Shown in pieces: positions 21,829-33,663 of a DNA stretch of 64,000 bases. Origin of the DNA: Amphiscolops sp. MND2022. Its lineage: Eukaryota. The position numbers and the translations under genes were made by a program. The notes under the pieces were generated by a model that was not told where the DNA came from, ran no database searches, and saw only the letters and a list, made by a program, of their open reading frames with translations. Numbering within the stretch: the stretch's first letter is position 1; each line of letters begins with the position of its first letter. Where the stretch lies: positions 50,408,001 through 50,472,000 of the forward strand of contig OZ076409.1 of assembly GCA_964187785.1 (NCBI GenBank), read 5' to 3'.

Positions 21829-24800
21829 CGATACAGTATGGATACTATTAGCAGGCATAGAGCGGACATGAAGATTACGAAACTCTATCTCCAGCTCATC
21901 ACAGTTTGTAAAATGACAGATTATCTTACCTTCAGCTCATGACAGTCCGTAAACTGAAAGATAAATAATATTCATTAATAAACGCTAAACTAAAAAAAAT
22001 GCACGATAAAATGAAAGCTCTTATCTCTAGCTCATCACAGTCCGTAAAATGAAAGGGAACATGTCATCTATTTCCCCCCAGGTACACCTTGTTAGGAGTT
22101 CCCCCCAACACGAAAGCACATTTTCTTCTGGAATAAAAATATTTCACCAAGAAGAGAGTATTATATAAAAGTAAATACTTAGAGGATTGTCTCTACTAAT
22201 GTTTGGACACTTCAGGTTTAAAAATGCCATAATTGTTTGTTGATATTGTGCAAAATAGTAAAATTCCCGCTTGAACAAGATACAAAATTATAAAAAGGCC
22301 CCTATTTCACGCAAATTTTCTCCGTGACAAATCTAATGAGCCGTGCCTAATGATTATGTCGACAACAAGGGATCAGAAAAATCTATGGGAGTTCACGCAT
22401 CAAACATTGAAAATTCAGACTCAAAAATTGAAGATTATCCTCTTAGACCTTCAGAAATGAAAGATTTAGCACATCGTGATAAGCCTCTGTACGGAAATGA
22501 AATAGACTTAGACGCAACTATTGTATCAAATGATCACTCTGAGTCATGTATTTTAGGTCTAATGGTATACAATTAAGCTCATGGTACCAATCAACTCTAG
22601 TGTAACTTTAGTGTAACTCAATCCACTTAAACAGCGTGAAACTGTGTAAAACAATCAAACTATAATGTAAATCAATCAAGTTAAGCAGCGTAAAACAATC
22701 AAAGTTGTTACTGAGTGAATTCAAATTTAAAGCGTCAGCAAGAAATTGTCTAGTATTAATGAATTAGTGTAAAGTAGTCAAACTTTGACTACTATCCACT
22801 TTTTGAGGAGATTACTTTCTGAATTCGTCAAAAAGTGAATTCTAGTTAAAGTTTGACTGATTTACACTTGACACAATTTCTTGACTGAAATACACTTTTT
22901 ACGAATTACACTTAATGACTGAAATTCGTGAATCTGCGTTACACTCCTTGACTAAAATACGGTTGGAGACTATTTTACACTGAAAACATACTACACTTGA
23001 TGATAAAAATTCACTTTTGCGGCTCATGTATCGTAATGATTGTAAGGCAAAATGAAGAGGCGCAGTGGCATTGTGATATTTTTCGCAATTGCAATTACAA
23101 TTGGGAACAAAGAAACCTGAAAACGAATTAATTCAAAATCTATTTTACGTCTTTGAAGACAAAATAAATCGGAATAACGTCACTGTTTGAATATAGCGCT
23201 TTCTTCATTGAAAATGTATCCGAAACAGGTTTTATCATAGTTCAATTTGAAAAGTTACACAAGCTCAACAGCGGGTTTGTTGTAAACTTCCACATTGGGA
23301 GAAGTTTATGGTTAGTAACAAGTTCCAAAAATCGTTAAGGAGGCCTTACTTGGTAAAAAAACTTTTTTGACTACAAACACACAAAAAAAACGCACTGGTG
23401 ACTTTTCTTGAAAAATTTTGAAACAACAAAAGGCGTTTGCTGCTGAAATTGACAAAAGTGAACTTTTGAGGTCGAAAAACGCTTTTCTCTAAACGAAAAA
23501 GAAATCTCCATTGGGAAGAAAAAATGTTAAATATCACAATGTTGATTGAGAAATGCCGTAGGTCTTTTCCATATACTATTAAACAACAATTGAGAAAGCT
23601 CTCATCAGACCCACCGTACTAAAACAGCTAAATAGGTCACCTTAAGACTAAAGACGGTTTTCTTGAACAGAAAAGCAAAAAAAGTTTTGGAAAAACATTT
23701 TCGAAAATTTTCAAGTTCTTTGTTGAGTCTCATAGTGCTCAAAAACCTCAGGTCGTCTTCTATGCTTGCAAAACGCTTTGTTTGTGCTAAAAATCGAGGG
23801 AAGGGGTTCTGTAAAAAAATCAGCGTTTTCCGACTTTTCTTTCAAAATGTCTCGTGTAAATCGTGCAGTGCTGAAAACTCCTAAAGCAGACCTTTCGTCT
23901 CGCAAACCGCTTCTTCGATTGAAAAAAATCAAAAATATGGCTGCCGGAAAAAATCCAAAGGCAGAAGGGACTTTTTGGACTTGTCAGTACCTCTGCAAGC
24001 ATAACAATTTGGGTCTAGCGCAGGAGTCGAATCCACGAAATCATGCTTCACAGGCCTCATCACCATACAGAATCCCGTTAACCCTAAGTCAAGTGTAAAC
24101 TATTTTTAGCTTTCCTTCGGCATTCATTTGCGACTGACAAAAGGTGGTGGTCGAAAAATTTAAAATTTTCCCATACTAACCGTGAGGTTATTTCTATGAA
24201 AACGAAAAATATGCTGAAGGTACTCTGTTTTATTCTAAAATTTTAATTTAGTTGCCTTCAACTTGATAACCATTTCCTGAGACCATTTTCCAGACATGAG
24301 AAACCTTGCAAAAGGTCTTTCCAGTCTTATAAAAGAGTCTCTCGATTGCTATATTCCTTCCGTGAAATCTATTTTTCAAGACTTGCTAAAAGCATGAGAT
24401 CAAAAAATCACATTTGAGTTAGTTGCTTCAAATTGGTTAGCAGAATTCAGTAACTTGTAGACCGATCTTTTTGCATCATGCGAAAGAAAAGCTCCTATGT
24501 TGACCATCGTTTTTTCGGATGTCCAGATTTTAGTTTGATGCAATAAAAATACTTTCAATGTGATTTTCTTTAAAATAACAGGAATTTTTGTTTGTTTTGA
24601 AATCAACATTTTGAACAACATACATGAAGCAAAACGGTAGGTTTTGAAGTTACCTAATTAGTAAAAAAAGCTATTCGGAAAATGTTATTGAAACGGAAGT
24701 CATTTTCTCCGCATAGAAGTTTTTCCTAGTTTTTCCTAGTATCTTCGAGGTTCGAGGAAAAAGTGTTTTTTATCAAAAACCATCTATTAAAAAAATCGAT

Positions 24801-25811
24801 CTCTGAATCAAAAGGTCTTCCTTCGATCAAAATAATAAAGTTGCGACAATTTCGCCACAAATAATATGGGACTCATGAAACAGTTTTATTGACTTTTGTT
24901 GGCACGAATACTTAGTTTTTTTCACCGTAATTTTGTTTTCGAGATGTTATGCCATTATACTATCTACGTTTGATTGATTCATGACATAAAACACGATTAA
25001 CAGGAGCAGTTCAAAAGCGAATCCGAAACCTAAAATGCTCGAGGCAACGTTCATTGATGCCATGAAAAGCTCGCTCTAGTTTTTACGAGCATACTTCCTC
25101 ACATAGCTTCGTTGCTTTATAGAAACCTGCCACTTGTATATTTAAAATTGAATAATTTATCTGATTTTTTTCAAATTAGTTTTGTGATAAGAAAATGTAT
25201 AGCAGCAGATATAAAACGAAAAAAAATGATTTTCGGATGTCGGCTTTGCCAATAATTTTTCTTAGCGGACATGCATTAACTTTGATGTCATTTTCGATCA
25301 AAATGATTTCTGTTTTATTGATTTTTAAAACAGATTCTTTTATAGTTTGATATTCAAATAGGCATAACGATATGTTTATTTAGTTGCCAACAAGAAGTAA
25401 AAATCTGACTGACAATTTTCTAAAATGCTGGGAATAATTAAAATTTCATCAGAAATTTTTCAACTAAAATTTGAGCATTTGAGGAAATCCATCCTGAATT
25501 TAATCAGCTCATTACATTATTCATAACCTTTTCTACAATTTTATCATCAATAGTCGAACAAGAAGCAAACCCTCACCCTGAAGCGTCCCCTTCCGTCAAT
25601 AAATTTCTGTTTACATATTTAATGATGCGAAAAACGCAAAGATGAAAGGACTATTAACTGTGGCTGGAGCACAGGCTTTCTCGGTAGGAGGGCGGGGGTC
25701 CGAATTTAATCACCACTGCTGTTTGTTTCTTAAATTGAACTCAAGTAGTATTTTAAGATACATCACATGTAAAAACAATACAACGTACATAGTTCAGATG
25801 TAGCGCATTTC

Positions 25812-25902
25812 ATTAAAGAAACTACCTCTGCTTGGTCAAATGTAGAAAAAAATACCGCGGTATGTTTTCTACATTTGACCAAGCAGAGGTCGTTTCTTTA
25901 AT
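25812..25902. repeat. About 91-bp spacer-less palindrome centred on CCG|CGG
   Basis: CCTCTGCTTGGTCAAATGTAGAAAA...ATACCG|CGGTAT...TTTTCTACATTTGACCAAGCAGAGG. Confidence 0.92.
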
Positions 25903-26389
25903 CTAAATGAACCGGAAGAAGAAGAGGAAGAAAGTTAATTTCCCCAATTCTACGGGGACCTTAAATAAGCAGTTCTACTTCTCTATGTCAGCTCCCTTTC
26001 GGATGCTATCTCCCCATAGAAGGTTATGTCACCATATTTGCAGCCAAGTGGTCAAAAATTGTAGACTTGAAGCTGTGGTTTCAAAGTGACTTGCTCAAGG
26101 TCACAAAAGTCTGACTGCTCTTATTGTTTCTGTTTTTCTCCGCCAAATGCGTTATTGTTTGTTATGAACCATAGCAGAATCATTTCTTCTTGGGAAGAAC
26201 TTGACTTATGGCATTTTCTTGAATGCTTTAAAAAGTTCGGATAAAATGCATTCAGTTATAAACTACTTGGGTTTTCGGGGATGCTGCTTTTGGCTGTGAG
26301 AAATTATACTTTACAGTTTGTGAATACAGTTTGTGTCGTGATCGTTTATATCGGTCATTGTTAGACATGTTCGGTTATAATACATTCTA

Positions 26390-26808
26390 CCCTAGGTTGG
26401 AAAAAATGTAATTCTTGAAAATATCTTGCAAGACGTCTTGCAAGATCTTGCAAGTCAATGCATTATTCTTGCAAATTGTCTTGCAAGATTTTTGCAAGAT
26501 TTTTGCAAGAATTGAATTGACATTGTGTTATACTTGCTAGGAAAGTGTCGACCTTTCAAGATATTTGCATGCTTCGACAGAATTTGAGGTGCCCACAAAT
26601 GTTTTCGTTCCATTGAACATCACCATTATTAATCAACTCCACTAATCCCTATACTCTATTATCAAAAAACGATTCCAGACATTTTTATTCAGAATATTTT
26701 AAGACTGGCATCGGCTTGCAAGAAACTTGCAAGAAGCTTGCAAGAATACCATGTTTTCTAAGAAACTTGCAAGATAAGTGCAAGATTTCAATTTTTTCCA
26801 AACTGGGG
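26390..26808. mobile_element. MITE with CCC...GGG termini, flanked by TA (EnSpm-like)
   Basis: TA|CCCTAGGTTGGAAAAAAT ... ATTTTTTCCAAACTGGGG|TA, with many palindromic CTTGCAAG subterminal repeats at both ends. Confidence 0.8.
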
Positions 26809-28229
26809 TATAATAGCGTTTTTCGGCGGTTAATTATAGCATTCTTTTCAAATACACCGTCTTTTTCTATGTTTCTAAATTGGAAATGCTGCATTTTTTA
26901 AGGCTGGAAAAGTTCGAAAGACTTGGAAGTTGCCTTCTTTGGCGGTTTTCCGAGGCAACTTTTTTTAAAATAAAAAGCGTTTTGGTCGCTTTCAAATTGG
27001 TCTTCTCAGGTTTCTGAAGGTTCCACTGAGAAAAAGGACATTTTGAGCCCAAAAAATCCCTCTTGCGTTTCCTGCACAGTAGGGTTCTTGCTAAATGTTA
27101 TGAAAACAAGCCGGGAATGAAATGAGTCGACTCCCAGCTCAAGTCTCCAACAACAACAACAAGCACTTCATGTCATTCAGAAACTGTTTTTGAGAAAATT
27201 CTCGATATCTCACTCCCAGAAATAAAATACGGAGGAAACATTTTGGACTCAGGAGATCTTTTTAGTCGGAGCTTTTAGCAAATGCTATGCTGTGAGTATT
27301 GCAACATGAAAAACTCAGACTATGGAGAAACAAGAGAGAAATAGAGACAATGAGAAATAATAGACGAATCAATACTTCAAATTTTCGATACGTAATTTTT
27401 ATTTTTTAATTTCTTAAGCATAACGGCGGTACATAATCGCCATAATATTTAGCAACATCTATTCATGTTATATGTATTTATATGTAACTATTTTTAACTA
27501 GTTGATACGGAGCAACAACGCAATTGAAAACACTTTAATGGCCCTGTACTATTAATAATATGATTTCAACGCGTGGCCTGACAAGCGGCCTGAATAACGG
27601 AGCGACAGAGCTGCGGCGTGGCAAGCGGCCACAAATGTGAGAGTTACGAATCCGGCCTGGCAAGCGGCCTCTTTTCAAAATACACTGCCGGAAATTATCG
27701 AATCTCAAACGCGTTACTGTTTATTCTTTTTTCACCCTCAATATCTACGAAATCCAGAGTGATAGCTCCGATTTAAATACTGTGCAGCATATTATTTTAT
27801 TCGAGCTGAATTTAGAGGAAATCTTCCATCCTCGGATAGTAAAGAGTCATGTTTTTCGGATTTTATTGTTTCATTGAGGTTCTTACACGAATCTTCCACC
27901 TAAAATCACTGCCAAGTTCAGTTTCAGCGCTTTGAAAGGGCGGGAAGTGTTATCCACATGAAGTTGAATCGCAACTCAGACAGGATGTGGAAGCCTGAGC
28001 TCCTTGGGAACAATGAATAAACTGAAAGTTCAAGTTCGGTAATGCGGAGGCAAGCTCAAACTTCCCGTCGCTGTTGGAGAGCTGTACCTAGAGAACACTG
28101 TTCCCAAAATCATTATCACAACCTCCAGGATTGGAAGAAGAATAGATGGGACTCTAGAGGAGAGTCATTACATAGTGACAGGAGTATCCATCCAACCCGA
28201 TCCACAGACGAAATCATCAAGCCTGTCAT

Positions 28230-28880
28230 CCCCCCAACTAAACATGTCTCGACAATATCAATGTCCAAAAGCGCATCTCAACAAAACATCGGGGTCTCTA
28301 GGCTAGCAAACATATTGTCAGCAACAAAGCCAATTTTCGGAGGTAGAAATGACTGATTTCAGAAGGGGGAGGAGCAAATCCATTACTCACTCCTGCGCAA
28401 CGATGCTTTACAAACTTACTGGAGTATGACTGACACAAACCGTGCCAGCCTAGACGAAATCGTCGCTACGTTCCGCCGTTGGTACTTACAACCCCAGTCA
28501 GTCGTCACAGCGAGATGCAAATGAGAACAGCTCCACTTCGATCCCTCCAGACAGAAGTTCCAAGAAGCTTACGAAGATGACGCGCCAAAGTTTACCGAAA
28601 CTTCGTTCTACGCTAGGATCCCACTGCATCTTAAGCGAGTCCTTAATGAAGCCTGATTAGAAACCGTATCGTACGATACAATGGTGCAACACTTTGAGCG
28701 CGAAATTGAACTCAATGGCTTGTAAGCACAGATAGAAACCAACAACTCAGGAGTACACCGGATCGGTGTTCAAGAACAACATCACAGCAGCAACAAAAAC
28801 ATCAAACCAGCAGGTCCATGCCATTGATGCTGAAGTACAGTACACATCCTCAGGAACTGCAGAAATTCTGTCCGAGAAGA
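28230..28880 (+). pseudogene. Gypsy-like gag relic
   Basis: Broken frames reading LRNDALQTYW...SLDEIVATFRRWYLQPQS...ARCK*EQLHFDP...HLKRVLN...EREIELNGL and a decayed zinc knuckle (GPCH*C...HILRNC). Confidence 0.6.
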
Positions 28881-28889
28881 ACACACCAA

Positions 28890-29271
28890 TCGAGTCGTTT
28901 TGAGTTGAACTTATCCTCACTGATTTTGTAGGAGTATAGAAGTTTCTTGTTTCCTCTTCTACTTCTTCCTCGGTATTCTCCCTAATGGTTCCCCTTGTTT
29001 CAGGTTTCAAGAGTTTCAACAATTCCTTCTGAGATTCGACAAGAAGATTCTTAATCTCTGATGTTATTTCCTCTTTCAAGGAAGCCCTTAAACTTTCTAA
29101 GAGGCTATTTTCAATCCGGGGAGATTTTGGTTTAGAAGGCCCCGCTACCTCATCGTCCTGATTCAAAGAACAAGGATTTCCTACTACTATGGGTGAAATC
29201 AAGCCTTCACTTACGTTCTCACTGGTGCTTTGCTGATCGTTCCTTCTTTTTTGGCTTCTTGTTGTTGACAT
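28890..29271 (-). mobile_element. 3'-truncated ORF (MSTTRSQKRR..., coiled-coil-like), probably the N-terminus of a retroelement gag/ORF1
   Basis: Clean ORF from ATG 29271 that runs directly into the opposite-strand gag relic; the family is inferred only from context. Confidence 0.4.
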
Positions 29272-31376
29272 TTTGTAGAAAGGTTTGAACTTGAAGAATT
29301 GAATTTCTTTCAAAGATTTTTCTGACAAAGTAGAACAAGGCGAGAGTGAAATTGAAAATTCAACTGAAATGTACAATTGCAAAAGACTGAGTCCCTCAGT
29401 TAGCTAAAATCATCGTATAGATACCCTCCTAGCATCATTTGATCACGAGTTAAGTCCTAATTTCCTTCGAATAATTAGTCATTTCCTGTATTTTCGGTGC
29501 AAAAATCATTTTGTTCCCAATTTTACGTCGATATTCCGTCAAATTTTAAGACACGGCAAATCTAATCTAGCATTAGTCATCAACCGTAATCATATTATTT
29601 CAGCTCGGCGTCCTTTTGTTTCCTCCCAAGCAGGAAGTAGATATTACTTCAGTCTGTCAAACCGTAAATATTTCCCTGTTTTGCTGCTTTGGTTCGTAAG
29701 AAACTGACGCTGAGGTGACGCCGGCATGAACAACTAATGCCTGAATTTTGATATTTCGCTCGGGAAAAATGCTATGACTAATGTTTTCAGCTCTGTAATT
29801 TCCAATGATGCTAAGAAGGAAATGAAATTAAGATTAAAGAATTAGCAACAACCTCAAATTAGTTTCAAATTAAATAATTAATGGTTAACAAGATAAAACA
29901 ACGACACAATGACGCTTGATGGCTTGATAGACTAAATTGTCTAATTCAGGCTTCTGCCCCAATTTAATAATATTTCAATCACAAATGCCGACTGATATTA
30001 TTTTAACATTCATCCGATGAATATACATAACACTCAGTCAACAGATTTTAACTTGCACGTAAAATAATATTTCGAACAAAAAGTTTGACGACGTGAGAAC
30101 GGCACTTTGTGGATTTTCTGGACAAGCAAGAGTTCAAAACCTTTTATCATCAGATCTTAATCATTACAAAAATGTACAATAGCAACACAAACATTTATTC
30201 TGAATTTATGCACTTTGGGTTAAAGCAATGACCATCCTGATTAGGGGACGACGACGTACCGGCGTACAATTAAACACAACAAGGTAATAGCACACGTTTT
30301 ATGTAGTACAAAATACAAACGTATGAAAATATATTTCCAATACGAAAATACTATCGATTTACTTTCGTCATGCCCATAAACTGTGACTTTCACCTACATT
30401 ATACGGGGATTTCCATTTCAACTTAAGTTTTAGAGCAGAATTAATCCGGCAAAGGAAATATTTGACGAAAACGTGGCGTAGGTCTTCAAATTCCCTACTA
30501 ATTGTCTTGTTAAATCACCAAACACTTTAAACGTTTTCCTAGCACTAATTAGTTTGATCGATATTCATCATAACTTTTGGATGGATTAAAACAACTTGTC
30601 TTGATGGAATTTGGACGTACCGTGGACGTACGTATTAGTATTAGGCCTGGTCCAGCATAGTGGACGTAACGCGGACGTAAATTTGAAGTAAGAATTAGTC
30701 CGCGCCTAGAAGACAACACCGTGACGTCACTATGGCGGAAAATTGGAATGATTTTAAGTAGTGTCACTAATATAGGCGGTAAATTGGAATGGTTCTCTAG
30801 TGAGCGCGGACGGAACGGTGACGTCACACTATATACTTTCAAGTCTGCTTCTTACCGACATCTAATATACATGTATTCTTTATTTTGTTTACTTAGCGCA
30901 GTGCCAACGTCCTAATCCGCACTAATTGCTGTTCAAAGTGCAATTAAGCTGCCTTTCTTAGAAAAGGAGTGAATATCTCAGTGTGTCATCTCAATGTAGT
31001 TTCTATTTTAGATTCAGATAATGCCCTTTTTCCAATGGTGATTTTGGATATATTTTCATTTAGATCGGTTTATGGTCTTTATTTCACGACGTGTTTTAAT
31101 TTAGTTTTCAGGTGGCGAATGTTTCTATTTTGGCGCACTAAGGACGCCCTACCGGATATGTGTGAAATCATCTTATTTCAAATTAGTTTCTGTTTTCATT
31201 TTTGTTTAAACTTTTCGTAAGTTGGACGTTCGTTTTCGTATTCTTAGTCACAGTTTATTCCAAAAATAAGGTTTTAAAGTTACCAGTTAAAATAAGATTT
31301 GGGGAATCTCAGATTGCCTCCGTGACCTCTCCCGATCTTCAGTCGTCTGCAACCACAAGCCAGACCGGGAGCGGGC

Positions 31377-31689
<313 letters not shown>

Positions 31690-32101
31690 TCTACAGCAAC
31701 AGAATCTACACCCTGTCAAACAAAAGGATAAAAATGCCCCTTATTTTACCTTGCTAAACAAATTTAAAAGCACATTGCTTGCTACTTACTAATTTTACTT
31801 TTTCTCAAATAAGACTTCCTAAACTTCACTCTAGCTTGAACTTAGCTTACTGAATCTTCTTGTTCCTAGATTTTCTAGCGTGTCTAGTTACTCAACTTCA
31901 CTCTAGTCTAAGTTTAGATTATAAGATCTTTGAGCTCAGGTTTTCTAGTGTGCCTAGTTTTGAAACTTTATATTGGTCTGAACGTATTTGTTTAGTTTGT
32001 TATATTTGTTTGTTTCGTTGTTTACAATTCACATAGTTTACATAGTTTGCCCCCATTTTTTTTCTCTGCTGCGCTGCATTCTGAGTTTAGGTTATTCAGT
32101 C

Positions 32102-33663
32102 ATGCCAAGCCAACAATCAAAGCCCTCCAACAGCCAAAGAAACTTTGTTTTCGCTAAAATTCGGCGTCTGAACAAGGCAATCGTAACTGCATTTCAAAAA
32201 AAGACAATGGTTTTGACCTCCAACAAGCACAACGTACTTTGAAAGATCATTTTGCCGAAGCTGAGCAGATGACAATGTATCTCGTTGATCATTTGCCTGA
32301 AGACGTCACTGAAAACTTCTTGATTATTAGTTTTACCGATCTACAAGACGAAATCGATGACACAGTCAAGAAATTCAAACAAATGCTGAAAGAATCAAAT
32401 CAACACACTGATCCAGTAGAATCTTCACAGATACAACAACCTTCCAGCCATAATCAACCTACAAGTCATGACAATCTACCTTCAACAAGTGCATTTCCAC
32501 ATCTTCCCGATTCGTTGGGAAACCAACTCACCCATCAGAATACATCGTCTTCACAGCAACCTACAGTTTCAAATCCGCCACAAGTTTCAACATTACCAAT
32601 GTCACGACCAAAAATAAAAATCGATCCTTTCACCGGAGATCCCATGAAATGGAACACATGGCATGGACTCTTCACAACGATGATTGACAAACAACCACTC
32701 TCAGTAGCCGAGAAAATGACGCACTTACAAACACTGACAACAGGGAAAGCCCATAAAGCAATCGCTGGGTTTTCTTGCAATCCTGATTTGTACCCGTCTG
32801 CAATGGAAGAACTCAAGCGACAATTTGGACGGCCAGATATCATTGTTAGCAATTTTCTTGCCCAACTACAGACACAAAGACCACCCTCGACACACCACAA
32901 AGACTCCTTCATGGAATTTTCAGCCTTTTTAAACAATTTGGTGGAAACGTTTCAGTCTCTAGGATTTCTTCATGATCTTCAATCGACAGTCTACGTTCAG
33001 TTCGCATTAAACAAACTACAACACAAAGAAAAACTGCAGTGGTCACAATACGTCATACAAAACCACATCACTCAGCCTAACCTTCTCATTTTCAACACTT
33101 GGTTACGCGACTTTGCCCTTGCCTGCGACCATATGCCAGCAGACATTCCAGCGAACAGTCGAATACGACAGCAACAGGAACATCACCCAAAAGTAAACAA
33201 CAGACCGCCAAACACGTCGACATCAAATCACAATCGACAACAGCAGACGTGTCCATTCGACAAGCAATCACACCACCCATCTCATTGCAACATCTTCATC
33301 GAGTCTCCCCTGCAAGCAAAACGGAAGCTCGTCCAAGAACACAACTTGTGCTTGAATTGTCTAGGATCTCATTTCGTCAAAGATTGCCCCTCAAGAATAA
33401 CGTGTAAAAAATGTCAACGCAAACATCACACTGCCTTTCACGACGACAATATCCAGGCAAGAAAACGTACTTCCCAATCAATTTCACAGAACCAGTTCTC
33501 ACCACAACAACAACCGAACCAGACCAGCCTTGGAGCATCTCAGGCAACAACACCACTTCCTCACACAAAAGTAAACTCCATCCTCATCACAGTACCCGTT
33601 ACCTTAGAATTCAACAACAAATTTGTCAGCATCTACGCCTTTTTGGACATGGGAAGTAGTTGA
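32102..33663 (+). pseudogene. BEL gag (frameshift near 32210) through the protease active site
   Basis: KIDPFTGDPMKWNTW...EKMTHLQ capsid-like region, three Cys/His knuckles (CPFDKQSHHPSHC, CLNCLGSHFVKDC, CKKCQRKHHTAFH) and AFLDMGSS followed by TGA. Confidence 0.88.

Larger units (their letters stand above)
17631..23038. mobile_element. Putative 5.4-kb cargo-carrying TIR element (CMC/EnSpm-like)
   Basis: Left end CATCACGATACATTAGCCGCAAAAGTGAATTTTTATCATCAA and right end TTGATGATAAAAATTCACTTTTGCGGCTCATGTATCGTAATG, both flanked by AT; AGTGTAA/TTACACT subterminal repeats at 22595-22985. Pairing of ends is ambiguous because four copies exist. Confidence 0.55.

Noticed and set aside
22343..22576. 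77-aa ORF as a host gene
   Set aside because: Short isolated fragment among repeats, more likely a retroelement remnant; no diagnostic motif
30610..30835. Cluster of GGACGT and GTGACGTCAC (CRE-like) motifs as a bZIP enhancer
   Set aside because: No nearby gene; it looks like internal repeats of an unclassified repeat and function cannot be supported
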